NCBI GenBank assembly: GCA_021463485.1
Contig: JAJTYJ010000002.1
Span: forward strand, 32,673-96,672
DNA length: 64,000 nt
Source of the DNA: a bacterium
GTDB lineage: Bacteria; Patescibacteriota; UBA1384; 2-12-FULL-50-11
Reading direction: 5' to 3'
Shown: piece by piece, positions 49,023 through 58,548 of the stretch
How the letters are laid out: each line of letters begins with the position of its first letter
Position numbering within the stretch: the stretch's first letter is position 1
The notes under the pieces: model-generated
Seen by the model: the letters and a program-made list of their open reading frames with translations, nothing else
Databases searched by the model: none
Told to the model about the DNA's origin: nothing
Made by a program: the position numbers and the translations under genes

Positions 49023-50888
49023 ATGGCTGAGAAGGACATTATTTTTGACGGTCTTAACGCTGCCCAAGCAGAGGCGGTTCGCGCAACGGAGGGGCCAGTT
49101 TTGATTTTGGCCGGCGCCGGTTCGGGTAAAACGAAGTGTCTGACCCATCGATTAGCGTATGTCGTGACCGAGAAAAAAGCCGAACTCAATCAGATCTTGG
49201 CGATCACTTTTACCAACAAAGCAGCCGGGGAGTTGGCGACACGAATCCTCGATATTCTCGGAATAACCGTCCATCACGGCAAGACGACACAATTTCAGAT
49301 TAGGCGCTACTTACCTTGGGTCGGAACGTTCCACTCGATCTGCGTGCGGCTTCTGCGCAACGAAGCGACTGAGCTCGGACTCTCACCGACATTCACTATC
49401 CTTGATTCGGACGACACGATTTCGCTGATTAAGCAAATCTGCAAAAAGAAAAATCTCGATCCGAAACAGTACTCTGCTCAAGCGATCCGCTCGATTATTA
49501 GCAACGCCAAAAACGAGTTGATGACGCCGGACGAGTTCGAGCCGTTTGCACAAGGTCACTTTCAAGAAATCGCGCACGAAGTATATGTTGAGTACCAGAA
49601 AGAACTCGGTAAGCTCTCGGCGCTGGACTTTGACGATCTAATTTTTACAACGGTCAGGCTTTTAGAGAAACATCCCCACATCGCCAAAAAGTACCAACAG
49701 CAATTTAAGTACGTGATGGTTGACGAGTACCAAGATACCAACAAGGCGCAGTACAAGCTTACTAGGCTACTAACCAATCCACAGACCAACAATCTTTGTG
49801 TCGTTGGTGACGATTTTCAGTCTATCTACGGATGGCGCGGCGCTAACTTCCATAATATTTTAAATTTTAATCGAGATTTTCCCAACACCACGGTTGTAAA
49901 ACTTGAGCAGAATTATCGTTCTACCCAAACGATCATCGACGGCGCGGCCGATATTATCGCCAAAGTTAAGCGACGTTCTGATAAAAAAATTTGGACAGAA
50001 AACACCGGTGGCGCCCCGATTACTGTTTACGAAGCGAACAACGCGTACGCCGAAGCCGACTTTATCGTCACCGAGTCGCGTTCGCTTAGAGCGATGGGAT
50101 CAAGCTGGTCGGACGTGGCGATTTTGTACCGAACCAACGCCCAATCTCGTGTCATCGAAGAAGTATTACTCGCTGAAGGCGTGCCGTATCGGTTGGTCGG
50201 AGCGCTTAGATTCTACGAACGCAAAGAAGTAAAAGATATCTTGGCGTATTTACGATATTTACGAAACGAGAACGATACACACTCGTTGGCTCGGATCGTT
50301 AACGTTCCGCCGCGCGGTATCGGCCCAAAGACGTTCGAGAAGGGTGGCGAGAAAGTGCAACAATTTCTATCCGAGATGCAGCTGCTTCGTGAATTCGTGT
50401 CGCAAAACACGCCGACTGCCAGTCTAGAGCGTTTGTTGCAGGTAACACGTTATAAGGAGTTCTTAAACGACGGAACGCCGGAAGGTGAGGCTCGGATGGA
50501 AAACGTGGAAGAGCTGCAAAATCTCAGTGCTGAATTCGAGACCGTTGAAGACTTTTTGGAGCACGTCGCACTCGTTTCCGACGTCGATAACTTCGATCCA
50601 AACGCCGACGCCGTTACTTTAATGACTCTCCACTCTTCGAAGGGTCTCGAATTTACGACAGTATTTCTAACTGGTTTAGAAGAAGGGCTCTTCCCGCATA
50701 TGCGAGCGCTTGAAGACGATTCGGAAATGGACGAAGAGCGCCGTCTTTGTTACGTCGGCATGACTCGAGCGCGCAAACGACTTTATTTAACTTGGGCGCG
50801 AACCAGAATGATTCACGGCGGCATGACTTCAACTGTACCGAGTCGGTTTCTCTCTGAAATAAGACCGGGGTTAGTCGATCGTATTTAA
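49023..50888 (+). CDS. pcrA: UvrD/PcrA family SF1A helicase
   Basis: AGAGSGKT, DEYQDTN, QNYRS, HSSKGLEF, YVGMTRA. Confidence 0.95.
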   Translation: MAEKDIIFDGLNAAQAEAVRATEGPVLILAGAGSGKTKCLTHRLAYVVTEKKAELNQILAITFTNKAAGELATRILDILGITVHHGKTTQFQIRRYLPWVGTFHSICVRLLRNEATELGLSPTFTILDSDDTISLIKQICKKKNLDPKQYSAQAIRSIISNAKNELMTPDEFEPFAQGHFQEIAHEVYVEYQKELGKLSALDFDDLIFTTVRLLEKHPHIAKKYQQQFKYVMVDEYQDTNKAQYKLTRLLTNPQTNNLCVVGDDFQSIYGWRGANFHNILNFNRDFPNTTVVKLEQNYRSTQTIIDGAADIIAKVKRRSDKKIWTENTGGAPITVYEANNAYAEADFIVTESRSLRAMGSSWSDVAILYRTNAQSRVIEEVLLAEGVPYRLVGALRFYERKEVKDILAYLRYLRNENDTHSLARIVNVPPRGIGPKTFEKGGEKVQQFLSEMQLLREFVSQNTPTASLERLLQVTRYKEFLNDGTPEGEARMENVEELQNLSAEFETVEDFLEHVALVSDVDNFDPNADAVTLMTLHSSKGLEFTTVFLTGLEEGLFPHMRALEDDSEMDEERRLCYVGMTRARKRLYLTWARTRMIHGGMTSTVPSRFLSEIRPGLVDRI

Positions 50889-50926
50889 TTACCGATACAC
50901 CACCAAGTTAGTGCTACAATTTAGTT

Positions 50927-51379
50927 ATGGATCAAGCCGGTATGCGACAAGAAATAACCGAACGAGTTAAGCTGTTACACCAACTCATTTATGACTCAAC
51001 TCTACTGTCAGCTTTCTTCGTAGCCTTTGGGAGTTGGTTGTATATGAACGTCCCACAAGAGGTGTTCAATTGGTATCTTTTGCTTATCCCTGTGGTGATC
51101 GCCGGCCTTGTATTTAATTACCAATCAAATCAAATGACGATGGAGGCGGTGGCCGGTTATCTGAAAAGCGCCGACGACGGCTGGGAGAAACACTACGGCA
51201 GCCACAAACAAGGCGTCCAACTGACGAGCTTTTTAAAGGTTGCGCCGCTGTTATTTCCGCTGCTACTACCGTTTTTTATAGAGCCGCTTACCGATTATCA
51301 AATGTATCTTCGTTACTTTGACTTCGCCCTTCTGTTATTTGTGATCGCTAACTTCCGCTACAAACTACTTGGTCGTTGA
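50927..51379 (+). CDS. hypothetical four-TM membrane protein
   Basis: Hydrophobic 150-aa ORF; TG-C-TACAAT 6 nt before the ATG. Confidence 0.7.
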   Translation: MDQAGMRQEITERVKLLHQLIYDSTLLSAFFVAFGSWLYMNVPQEVFNWYLLLIPVVIAGLVFNYQSNQMTMEAVAGYLKSADDGWEKHYGSHKQGVQLTSFLKVAPLLFPLLLPFFIEPLTDYQMYLRYFDFALLLFVIANFRYKLLGR

Positions 51380-51415
51380 CTTTAACGCTCAAAAAAACTA
51401 CGGTGAGAACACCGC

Positions 51416-52402
51416 ATGAAACCGTCCATCGGACGCGTCGTAGTAGGAATTGGGTTAATATTATTACTCTCTGTCTTACTCGTACTCTCGTCTAGAAAAG
51501 TTACAAGAGTTGAGGCGCAAGGGTCGCCCGATCCGCTCCACCCCGTCGAAGTCTTTACGGCCGATTCGAGCGCCAAATCGTTAATTGCGGCTTTTACGCA
51601 AGCCGGTGTTACCTACTATCCAGAAGATATCGTCCAAGCGTTCCCTGATCCAGCGCTCGGTCTTGGAACGGTAGTTCGAGTCGAGCGAGCGACGCCGATT
51701 ACGATTCGAGACGGCAAGAAAACAATCCAGGTGAGGACATGGAAAAAAACAGTCGGTGAAGTACTCTCTGAGAAACGTCTAGATCTCGGTAACGAAGATC
51801 GCGTCGGACCGACTCCGATAACCCTACTACAGTCGAACATGACAGTTACAATTACCCGGGTAGCACGGACAGAAGTAGTCGAAAAAGAGATCGTTCCGTA
51901 TGAGACAGTTATTGAGAAAGACTACACCCAGTTCGTTGGTACAGATGTCGTTCTGGAGCAGGGAAAGAACGGCGAACGTGAGAAAAGGTACTTGCTCATC
52001 CGAGAAGACGGAGAGCTGGTTAGTAAAACGCTCCTACAGACAACGATAACTTTGGCTGCTCAGAAGAAGAAAGTTCGCCAAGGCTCGCTGAAACCGGTAT
52101 CGAGCCGCTGCTTGCAGTACAAAGACTGGGTCGTTGATGCTAGTAAGAAAAATGGCATCGATCCGAACGCGCTTTATTATCGAATGCAAAAGGAAAGTAG
52201 CTGTAACCCTAACTCCGTTGGTTACGGACCGGCCGGCCAAATTTACGAAGGTATGTTCCAGTACGAAAAAGGCGGTCTTTGGAATACGCTTAGCACGAAA
52301 GCTGGTTTTAGCGGCACCAGTGTCTGGGACGCCAAAGCTCAAATTTACACTACCGCTTGGGCGTGGGCGAACGGGCACCGTTCACGATGGCCTAATCCGT
52401 AG
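51416..52402 (+). CDS. RpfB/YabE-like protein: DUF348 + G5 + lysozyme-like transglycosylase domain
   Basis: TM anchor, TVGEVL...DRV (DUF348), G5 (GKNGERE), KESSCNP...GMFQY. Directly upstream of rsmA, as in rpfB/yabE loci. Confidence 0.8.
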   Translation: MKPSIGRVVVGIGLILLLSVLLVLSSRKVTRVEAQGSPDPLHPVEVFTADSSAKSLIAAFTQAGVTYYPEDIVQAFPDPALGLGTVVRVERATPITIRDGKKTIQVRTWKKTVGEVLSEKRLDLGNEDRVGPTPITLLQSNMTVTITRVARTEVVEKEIVPYETVIEKDYTQFVGTDVVLEQGKNGEREKRYLLIREDGELVSKTLLQTTITLAAQKKKVRQGSLKPVSSRCLQYKDWVVDASKKNGIDPNALYYRMQKESSCNPNSVGYGPAGQIYEGMFQYEKGGLWNTLSTKAGFSGTSVWDAKAQIYTTAWAWANGHRSRWPNP

Positions 52403-52423
52403 TGCTTCAGGTATAATTAACCA

Positions 52424-53239
52424 GTGAAACAGAGCGAAATTCTTCGCGGATTGGCAAAATTTCCGCAAAAAAAATTAGGTCAGAATTTTTTACAGGATGA
52501 ACGAGTACTTGGCGATATTTGCGAAGCAGCAGCACTGTCTAAAGACGACACTGTTGTTGAGATCGGTCCTGGACTCGGTGTTTTAACTAGGGAACTCAGC
52601 CAACGGGCTGGTCGCGTACTGGCGATCGAACTTGATCGAGACCTAGCCGAGTACGTCCGAAATTTATCGTTACCAAATGTTACAGTCGTGACTGGTAACG
52701 CGCTCGATATCGATTGGACGATCACACTCGAAGATGAGTATAAAGTCGTCGCTAATATCCCGTACTCAATCACTTCGCCGCTACTTCGTAAAATTTTTCA
52801 TTTACCAAAACGCCCGAATAGCATTGTCTTACTCATTCAAAAAGAGGTAGCTGAGCGTATTACAGCCAAACCAGGTGATCGCAACCGCGGCTATCTGACG
52901 ATGCTCACAGAAACTAACGGTGTAGCTGAGATAGTACGGGTGGTGAAACCCGGAAGCTTTTATCCGCAACCAAAAGTTGACTCGGCGGTAGTACGGGTTA
53001 CGCCCCACGAAAATTCTAGTGAGGCTGAGTTATTTTGGCCTCCGGTCGAAGCGGCGTTTCGTCACCCACGGCAGACGGCCGTTAACGGTATAGCTAACAC
53101 ACTACATTTACCTAAGGGTACGGTTGAGCGAGTATTTGAAGAGCACGGTCTTGATCGATTAGTTCGACCAGCAGTACTAACGCTTGAACAGTGGAGAAAC
53201 GTCGCTAAATCTATTCAAAACGAGTTAAAAAAGGACTAA
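52424..53239 (+). CDS. rsmA: 16S rRNA dimethyladenosine transferase
   Basis: LGQNFL, EIGPGLG, ANIPYSITSP, PKVDSA. Confidence 0.96.
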   Translation: MKQSEILRGLAKFPQKKLGQNFLQDERVLGDICEAAALSKDDTVVEIGPGLGVLTRELSQRAGRVLAIELDRDLAEYVRNLSLPNVTVVTGNALDIDWTITLEDEYKVVANIPYSITSPLLRKIFHLPKRPNSIVLLIQKEVAERITAKPGDRNRGYLTMLTETNGVAEIVRVVKPGSFYPQPKVDSAVVRVTPHENSSEAELFWPPVEAAFRHPRQTAVNGIANTLHLPKGTVERVFEEHGLDRLVRPAVLTLEQWRNVAKSIQNELKKD

Positions 53240-53269
53240 AATTTCTCTACCTTTCCATGGAGGTGAGGT

Positions 53270-53563
53270 ATGCTCTTTAGTCAACGGAATAAAGACTGTC
53301 GAGGAACGATCCTGTCCGGCTGTGTTGCGGCAGGTGCGGTGATGGCGATCCTAATCACTTTCATCGCCAGCTTCTGGTTCGGGTGGTTCACACCGGAATC
53401 GTTGGCGCTGCTCTGGCAATCGTTCCTTAGCTTGACCAGCCTTTTCGTCCTTCTTACTATCGTCGGCTGCTCGGATTTCTTTGAGGGCGTTGCGATGGTT
53501 CCGCTGGTGATACTAGCGTGTGCTCTTGCGGGGACCGACGAAGAGCGAGAGGAGGCTTACTGA
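53270..53563 (+). CDS. hypothetical small membrane protein
   Basis: Strong SD GGAGGTG; hydrophobic segments; followed by a terminator. Confidence 0.6.
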   Translation: MLFSQRNKDCRGTILSGCVAAGAVMAILITFIASFWFGWFTPESLALLWQSFLSLTSLFVLLTIVGCSDFFEGVAMVPLVILACALAGTDEEREEAY

Positions 53564-53571
53564 TGATGGTC

Positions 53572-53604
53572 TGGCGGCCTGGGTGTACCCGGCCGCCATT
53601 TTTT
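53572..53604 (+). terminator. intrinsic terminator
   Basis: TGGCGGCC-TGGGTGTACCC-GGCCGCCA-TTTTTT. Confidence 0.8.
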
Positions 53605-53620
53605 ATTAGAATAACCTGAA

Positions 53621-54283
53621 ATGTTATATATCGTTGCGACCCCGATCGGTAACTTAAAAGACATTACATTTCGAGCGATCGAGACGCTTCAAAGTGTCGA
53701 CAAAATTTATTGCGAAGATACCCGACAAACCCGAAAACTTCTTAGCGCTTACTCGATCTCTAAGCCAATCGACAGCTATCATCACCATTCTGCGCCACAT
53801 AAACTTGAAACGATTCTCCGTGAGCTCAAAAATGGTACGGAATTGGTGTACGTCACCGACGCCGGTACGCCCGGTATCGCCGATCCAGGTGGTAAATTGG
53901 TTGAGGCGTGTCGCACCGAAGGTATCACAGTCGTACCGATTCCAGGCGCCTCGGCAGTTACGACCTTACTATCCGTCGCTGGATTACCAGCAAATTCGTA
54001 CGTATTTGCTGGTTACGTCCCCACAAAGAAGGGCAGGCAAACATTTATAAAAAGAATTCTAGCCACAGACGAACCGGTGGTACTATTTGAGACTGCGCCG
54101 CGTATTCGTAAGCTACTGAGCGAACTTGAGACATTGGGAGCGACTGAACGTAAAATCATTCTTGGCCGAGAGCTCACAAAACAGTTTGAACAAATCGTAA
54201 GCGGTACGCCGCGAGAGGTTTCTGCCGAATTACCGACCCAAGTTAAAGGTGAACTTGTAATTGTTCTAGCGCCGGCAAACTAA
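53621..54283 (+). CDS. rsmI: 16S rRNA C1402 2'-O-methyltransferase
   Basis: LYIVATPIGNL.DIT.RA, CEDTR, DAGTPGIADPG, RELTK. Confidence 0.96.
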   Translation: MLYIVATPIGNLKDITFRAIETLQSVDKIYCEDTRQTRKLLSAYSISKPIDSYHHHSAPHKLETILRELKNGTELVYVTDAGTPGIADPGGKLVEACRTEGITVVPIPGASAVTTLLSVAGLPANSYVFAGYVPTKKGRQTFIKRILATDEPVVLFETAPRIRKLLSELETLGATERKIILGRELTKQFEQIVSGTPREVSAELPTQVKGELVIVLAPAN

Positions 54284-54303
54284 AATTCTGCTAGAGTGTC
54301 GCT

Positions 54304-54408
54304 TAAGGTCGGAGATAATCGCACTATACAGCTGTCAACGACGACGGCTGGCGGATACCGATTCCAGGGGCAGCTAGCGTACGCGTAGCCAGTTGCTCCT
54401 TTTTCTTT
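54304..54408 (+). ncRNA. unassigned structured RNA / leader with terminator
   Basis: Extended -10 TG-C-TAGAGT (54289-54297), two long hairpins, then a U-tract. Confidence 0.5.
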
Positions 54409-54441
54409 ACCTGTTAACTCGCTTCCGTTACCATAGCAGTG

Positions 54442-55836
54442 ATGGCAAAAACAACAGTCACCACATCAATCGCTTATATCAATGCCGAGCCCCATATCGG
54501 TTTTTTGCTCGAGTTGGTTGCGGCTGACGTATTGGCCAGGTATTACCGACTGCAGGGCGACGACGTTTTCTTTTTAACTGGTACTGACGAGCACGGCGTA
54601 AAAGTCCAACGAGCAGCCGAGGCGCTCAAACAAAAACCCCAACAGTACGCCGACGCCGTTGCTGCAAAATTCCAGAAGGTAACGAAAGACTTTTCAATCA
54701 GCAACGATTACTTCGTACGAACAACAGACGCAAAACATGTCGAGTTCGTTCAGAAGTCTTGGAAAAAAATAACAGAAGCCGGTGTAATCTCAAAAAGAAA
54801 ATATGAGGGGCTATACTGCGCCGGTTGCGAGGCATTTAAAACCGAAAGAGAAATCGATAACGGAAAGTGCGTTATTCACGAAGTTGAGCTGGAGAAAGTG
54901 GCGGAAGAGAACTATTTTCTTGAGCTTAGCGATCAAACCAAAACCGCGATCCGATCCTGGATCGAGTCGATTGAGCCCGAGACGAAAAGGGCAGAAGTAC
55001 TAAATATTCTCGAAGATTTTGAGGGCGTTAGCGTTTCTAGGCCAAAAGACAAGCTGTCCTGGGGTATTCCAGTTCCAGGCGACCCCGATCAGGTGATGTA
55101 TGTTTGGGTCGATGCGTTGTTAAACTATCTGTCTGCTTTGGTCGCCGCTGACAAATCTGTCGCGGAGTACTGGCCCGCGATCCAAGTTATCGGTAAAGAC
55201 ATCGTCAAGTTCCATGCGGTGATCTGGCCAACGATCCTTCTTGCGCTCGATTTACCGTTACCGAAGAAGCTACTGGTACACGGGTTTATAACGGTAGACG
55301 GCAAGAAGATGTCGAAGTCGCTTGGGAACGTCGTCTCGCCAAACGAGCTTGAAACCCGGTACGGCGTTGAGGCAACTAGATATCTACTACTTCGGCAACT
55401 CAATTTTTACAGCGACTCAAATTTTGTCTGGAAAGAGTTCGATGCGTTATACGAGGGCGAGCTAGCCAACGGCTTAGGCAACCTAGTGAACCGAACGATC
55501 AACCTGTTGGCAAAGTGTCGAGAAAAAGGCGTTGATGTCACACAATACGAACCGAAAATCGATTCGGCGCTAATTTCAGCAGATTTCTCCGGTGAATTGC
55601 AGCGAGTTAACGAACTAATCAGCGCCGCCGATCAGTGGATTAGCGAAGTGAAGCCATGGGAGTGGCTAAAGTCCGGTAAAGTTAGCGCCGATCAAGCGGA
55701 AAATTTACTGCGACAGTCTTCGATTATTGAGATCGCGTCACGACTCGAGCCGTTTATGCCCGAGACGGCAAAAAACATTCGAGCACAGTTGAAATCTCTC
55801 AAACCGCAACCACTTTTTCCGCGCTTGCCGGTATAA
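54442..55836 (+). CDS. metG: methionine--tRNA ligase (short form)
   Basis: YINAEPHIG, TGTDEHG, YVWVDAL, IGKDI, KMSKS. Confidence 0.96.
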   Translation: MAKTTVTTSIAYINAEPHIGFLLELVAADVLARYYRLQGDDVFFLTGTDEHGVKVQRAAEALKQKPQQYADAVAAKFQKVTKDFSISNDYFVRTTDAKHVEFVQKSWKKITEAGVISKRKYEGLYCAGCEAFKTEREIDNGKCVIHEVELEKVAEENYFLELSDQTKTAIRSWIESIEPETKRAEVLNILEDFEGVSVSRPKDKLSWGIPVPGDPDQVMYVWVDALLNYLSALVAADKSVAEYWPAIQVIGKDIVKFHAVIWPTILLALDLPLPKKLLVHGFITVDGKKMSKSLGNVVSPNELETRYGVEATRYLLLRQLNFYSDSNFVWKEFDALYEGELANGLGNLVNRTINLLAKCREKGVDVTQYEPKIDSALISADFSGELQRVNELISAADQWISEVKPWEWLKSGKVSADQAENLLRQSSIIEIASRLEPFMPETAKNIRAQLKSLKPQPLFPRLPV

Positions 55837-55872
55837 CTTGCCAAGACACCTAAAATTGCCCAACATGGATAT

Positions 55873-56724
55873 ATGTGGGCGGCGTTAATTTCAGCGCTAT
55901 CCGGCGCTAGCGGTACTATTCTTGATAAGGTTATCTTGTCGCGTGAGCGAGTAAAGCTCAACGTCTTTTTGCCGCTCTTATTTCTACTATTGTTTGGGTT
56001 CAACTTAATTCTTGTGCCGTTCTTAGGCAAGATTGAGTGGCAGATCGTCCTGCTGCCAAACACGCTATTTTTGGTCTTCTTAATGGTTGTAATTGCGGTT
56101 GCGCATAACGTCTTGTTCTATCAGAGTATTCAGCGCGAGAAGGTGTACCAGCACGAGCTGGTAATGATGATGGGTCCGTTTATTACAATTATTCTCGGTG
56201 CAGCGTTCTTCCCAGAAGAACTCCAAGGAAAGGGGATAATTCTTTTACTATCACTTGTTGCCAGCGTCGCGCTTATTTGGTCGAAAGGAAGTAAAGAACA
56301 TTTTCTTAAAGACGCGACGTCGTATAACGCGCTTCTTGGAGTAGTACTGATGTCAACAGAGAGTATTATTATTCGGGATCTGCTCTACTCAATGACGCCG
56401 GTTGCGCTATACGGAATCCGAACGTTTGTTATCGCGTTGTTTTTCTTCGCTTATTACCGGCCAAGATACGGTCGGGTGAGCGTCCGACACTGGTGGTTAA
56501 TCGCTGCGAGCGCTCTACTCGGACTTGGTTTGATGATCGCTCGTTTCTATGCGTACGCTGATCTCGGTATTGTCTTTACGACGCTGGTCTCGATTTTGGC
56601 GCCGGTTATCGTTTTCTTTGCTTCTTGGGAAATTCTTCACGAAAAGATTCGTCCGCGGATGGTTGTCGCTTCGGTGGTGATTCTAGCCTGTGTTACCTGG
56701 GCGACGGTGCTGACGTTTCGCTAA
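55873..56724 (+). CDS. EamA/DMT family transporter
   Basis: About 10 TMs in two repeats; EILHEKI motif. Confidence 0.75.
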   Translation: MWAALISALSGASGTILDKVILSRERVKLNVFLPLLFLLLFGFNLILVPFLGKIEWQIVLLPNTLFLVFLMVVIAVAHNVLFYQSIQREKVYQHELVMMMGPFITIILGAAFFPEELQGKGIILLLSLVASVALIWSKGSKEHFLKDATSYNALLGVVLMSTESIIIRDLLYSMTPVALYGIRTFVIALFFFAYYRPRYGRVSVRHWWLIAASALLGLGLMIARFYAYADLGIVFTTLVSILAPVIVFFASWEILHEKIRPRMVVASVVILACVTWATVLTFR

Positions 56725-57512
56725 TGCGCGCTATCGATACGCACGCACACCTCGATTTCCCGCAGTTTGATCACGACCGTGAACAATTGATCGCTGAATT
56801 GTCTAAGCAAGAGATCGGCGTCATTACTATCGCCACATCGAAGGAATCGAATAACGAAACAGACAGGCTAACAAAGCGTCATCCGCTGGTTTGGGGGACG
56901 CTCGGGATACACCCAACCGATATCAATTCGAAATTAGTTACAGATTTACCAAGGCTATTAGACCGTTTCTCTGAGCAGCTTTCGGCCAACACTAAATTAG
57001 TCGCGATCGGGGAGATCGGTCTCGACTATTTCCGTGAAAAAGACGCGGCAAACATTCAAGAGCAAAAAGTAGTTTTAAGGGCGCTGCTGCAATTTGCGCA
57101 GGAGAAGGATCTACCGATTATCGTCCACTGCCGCGAAGCGTACGGCGATATTCTAACAATCTTATCTGATTACCCGAAAGTGAGAGGCGTTATCCACTGT
57201 TTTAACGGCAACCGCGAACAGCTTCAGAAATTTTTAGCGCTTGGCTACTTCATCTCATACACTGGAATGTTGACGTATCCTGCGAACGAACAGCTGCGCG
57301 CCGATAGTATCTTAGTCCCACTTGATAAGTTACTACTGGAAACCGATGCGCCGTTTCTTTCACCTCAAGCGAAACGCGGTGAACGTAACGATCCGCGCTC
57401 GATCGAAGATATCGCTGACGCCCACGCCAAGTTGCGAGACGTCTCCTCAGATGAAATTTTAACAAAAACAACCGAGAACGCAGTTCGACTATTCACCTTA
57501 GAGGAGCGCTGA
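56724..57512 (+). CDS. tatD: TatD family hydrolase
   Basis: IDTHAHL, GIHP, GEIGLDY, HCR, HCF, ETDAPFL. Start at ATG 56724. Confidence 0.95.
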   Translation: MRAIDTHAHLDFPQFDHDREQLIAELSKQEIGVITIATSKESNNETDRLTKRHPLVWGTLGIHPTDINSKLVTDLPRLLDRFSEQLSANTKLVAIGEIGLDYFREKDAANIQEQKVVLRALLQFAQEKDLPIIVHCREAYGDILTILSDYPKVRGVIHCFNGNREQLQKFLALGYFISYTGMLTYPANEQLRADSILVPLDKLLLETDAPFLSPQAKRGERNDPRSIEDIADAHAKLRDVSSDEILTKTTENAVRLFTLEER

Positions 57513-57524
57513 TAGTGTAGAGAT

Positions 57525-58499
57525 ATGAACTGGGTAGACGGCGTTATAATTGTGACCTTTCTTATTTACCTGGCCGAAGGGCTACGTCGCGGCTTTATCG
57601 AACAGCTCCTGGAGCTGATCGGATTTTTTATTACCATCTTTGTTGCGCTGTGGACGTACCAGCCGTTAGGTGTTTGGCTGGTCGATAACGTTGGTGTACA
57701 ACAAACAGCAGCGGAGCCGTTAGCATTTTTGTTAGACTGGGTATTCTTACAAGTACTCTATTCGATCGCGCTGCGTTACGCTTACCCACTAGTGCCAGAG
57801 AAGATCCGAACCGCAGTGACGAATCGCGTCGCCGGAGCTGTTCCGGCGCTGTTAAAGGCGACGATTATCGTCGCGGTGCTGTTAACAGTTATCGCGATCT
57901 TACCAGTACCAGAGCGATTAAAAAATGCGGTTAACAACTCGACGCTTGGGAGCGGTTTTGTTGCTCGAAGCGGCGAGGTTGAGTCGCTTCTTAATCGAGT
58001 TTTCGGTCGTGATATCAAGCAAAGCTTAACGTTTTTAACAGTACCGGCGCAAAACGAGGAGATTATCGCCCCCGATGAACGGGTTGATCTAAAATTTACT
58101 ACCGATGACGTTAAGATCGATACGACTTCCGAGCAAACGATGTTGCGGTTAATCAACCAAGAGCGACTTAAGGAGGGGTTGCCAGCGCTAGTATGGGACG
58201 AGGCAGCAGCTAAAGTTGCTCGGGCGCATTCGGTTGATATGTTTAAGCGCGGTTACTTCTCTCATGAAAATCCCGATGGCTTATCGCCGTTTGATCGAAT
58301 GGAGAAGGCCGGCATAACCTACAGCGCTGCTGGGGAAAATCTGGCGTACGCTGCAACTGTCGAACTGGCTCACGCCGGGCTGATGCGCTCGCCTGGACAC
58401 CGAGCAAATATTCTTGAGAAAGACTTCGGTCGAGTAGGGATCGGTGTGATCGACGGCGGAATCTACGGCAAAATGTTTACTCAGAACTTCCGTGACTGA
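57525..58499 (+). CDS. CvpA + CAP/SCP domain fusion protein
   Basis: MNWVD...GLRRGF (CvpA); INQER, AHSVDM..YFSH, GENLA, SPGHRANIL (CAP). Confidence 0.9.
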   Translation: MNWVDGVIIVTFLIYLAEGLRRGFIEQLLELIGFFITIFVALWTYQPLGVWLVDNVGVQQTAAEPLAFLLDWVFLQVLYSIALRYAYPLVPEKIRTAVTNRVAGAVPALLKATIIVAVLLTVIAILPVPERLKNAVNNSTLGSGFVARSGEVESLLNRVFGRDIKQSLTFLTVPAQNEEIIAPDERVDLKFTTDDVKIDTTSEQTMLRLINQERLKEGLPALVWDEAAAKVARAHSVDMFKRGYFSHENPDGLSPFDRMEKAGITYSAAGENLAYAATVELAHAGLMRSPGHRANILEKDFGRVGIGVIDGGIYGKMFTQNFRD

Positions 58500-58548
58500 T
58501 TTTTCTCCGGAAATTTGCTAGAATTATCGAACTCAAACGGAGTAGATT

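Noticed and set aside
54304-54408. T-box or SAM riboswitch upstream of metG
   Set aside because: No GGTGGxACC T-box bulge or SAM-I ATC...GAT core recognised, so it is kept as an unassigned RNA.
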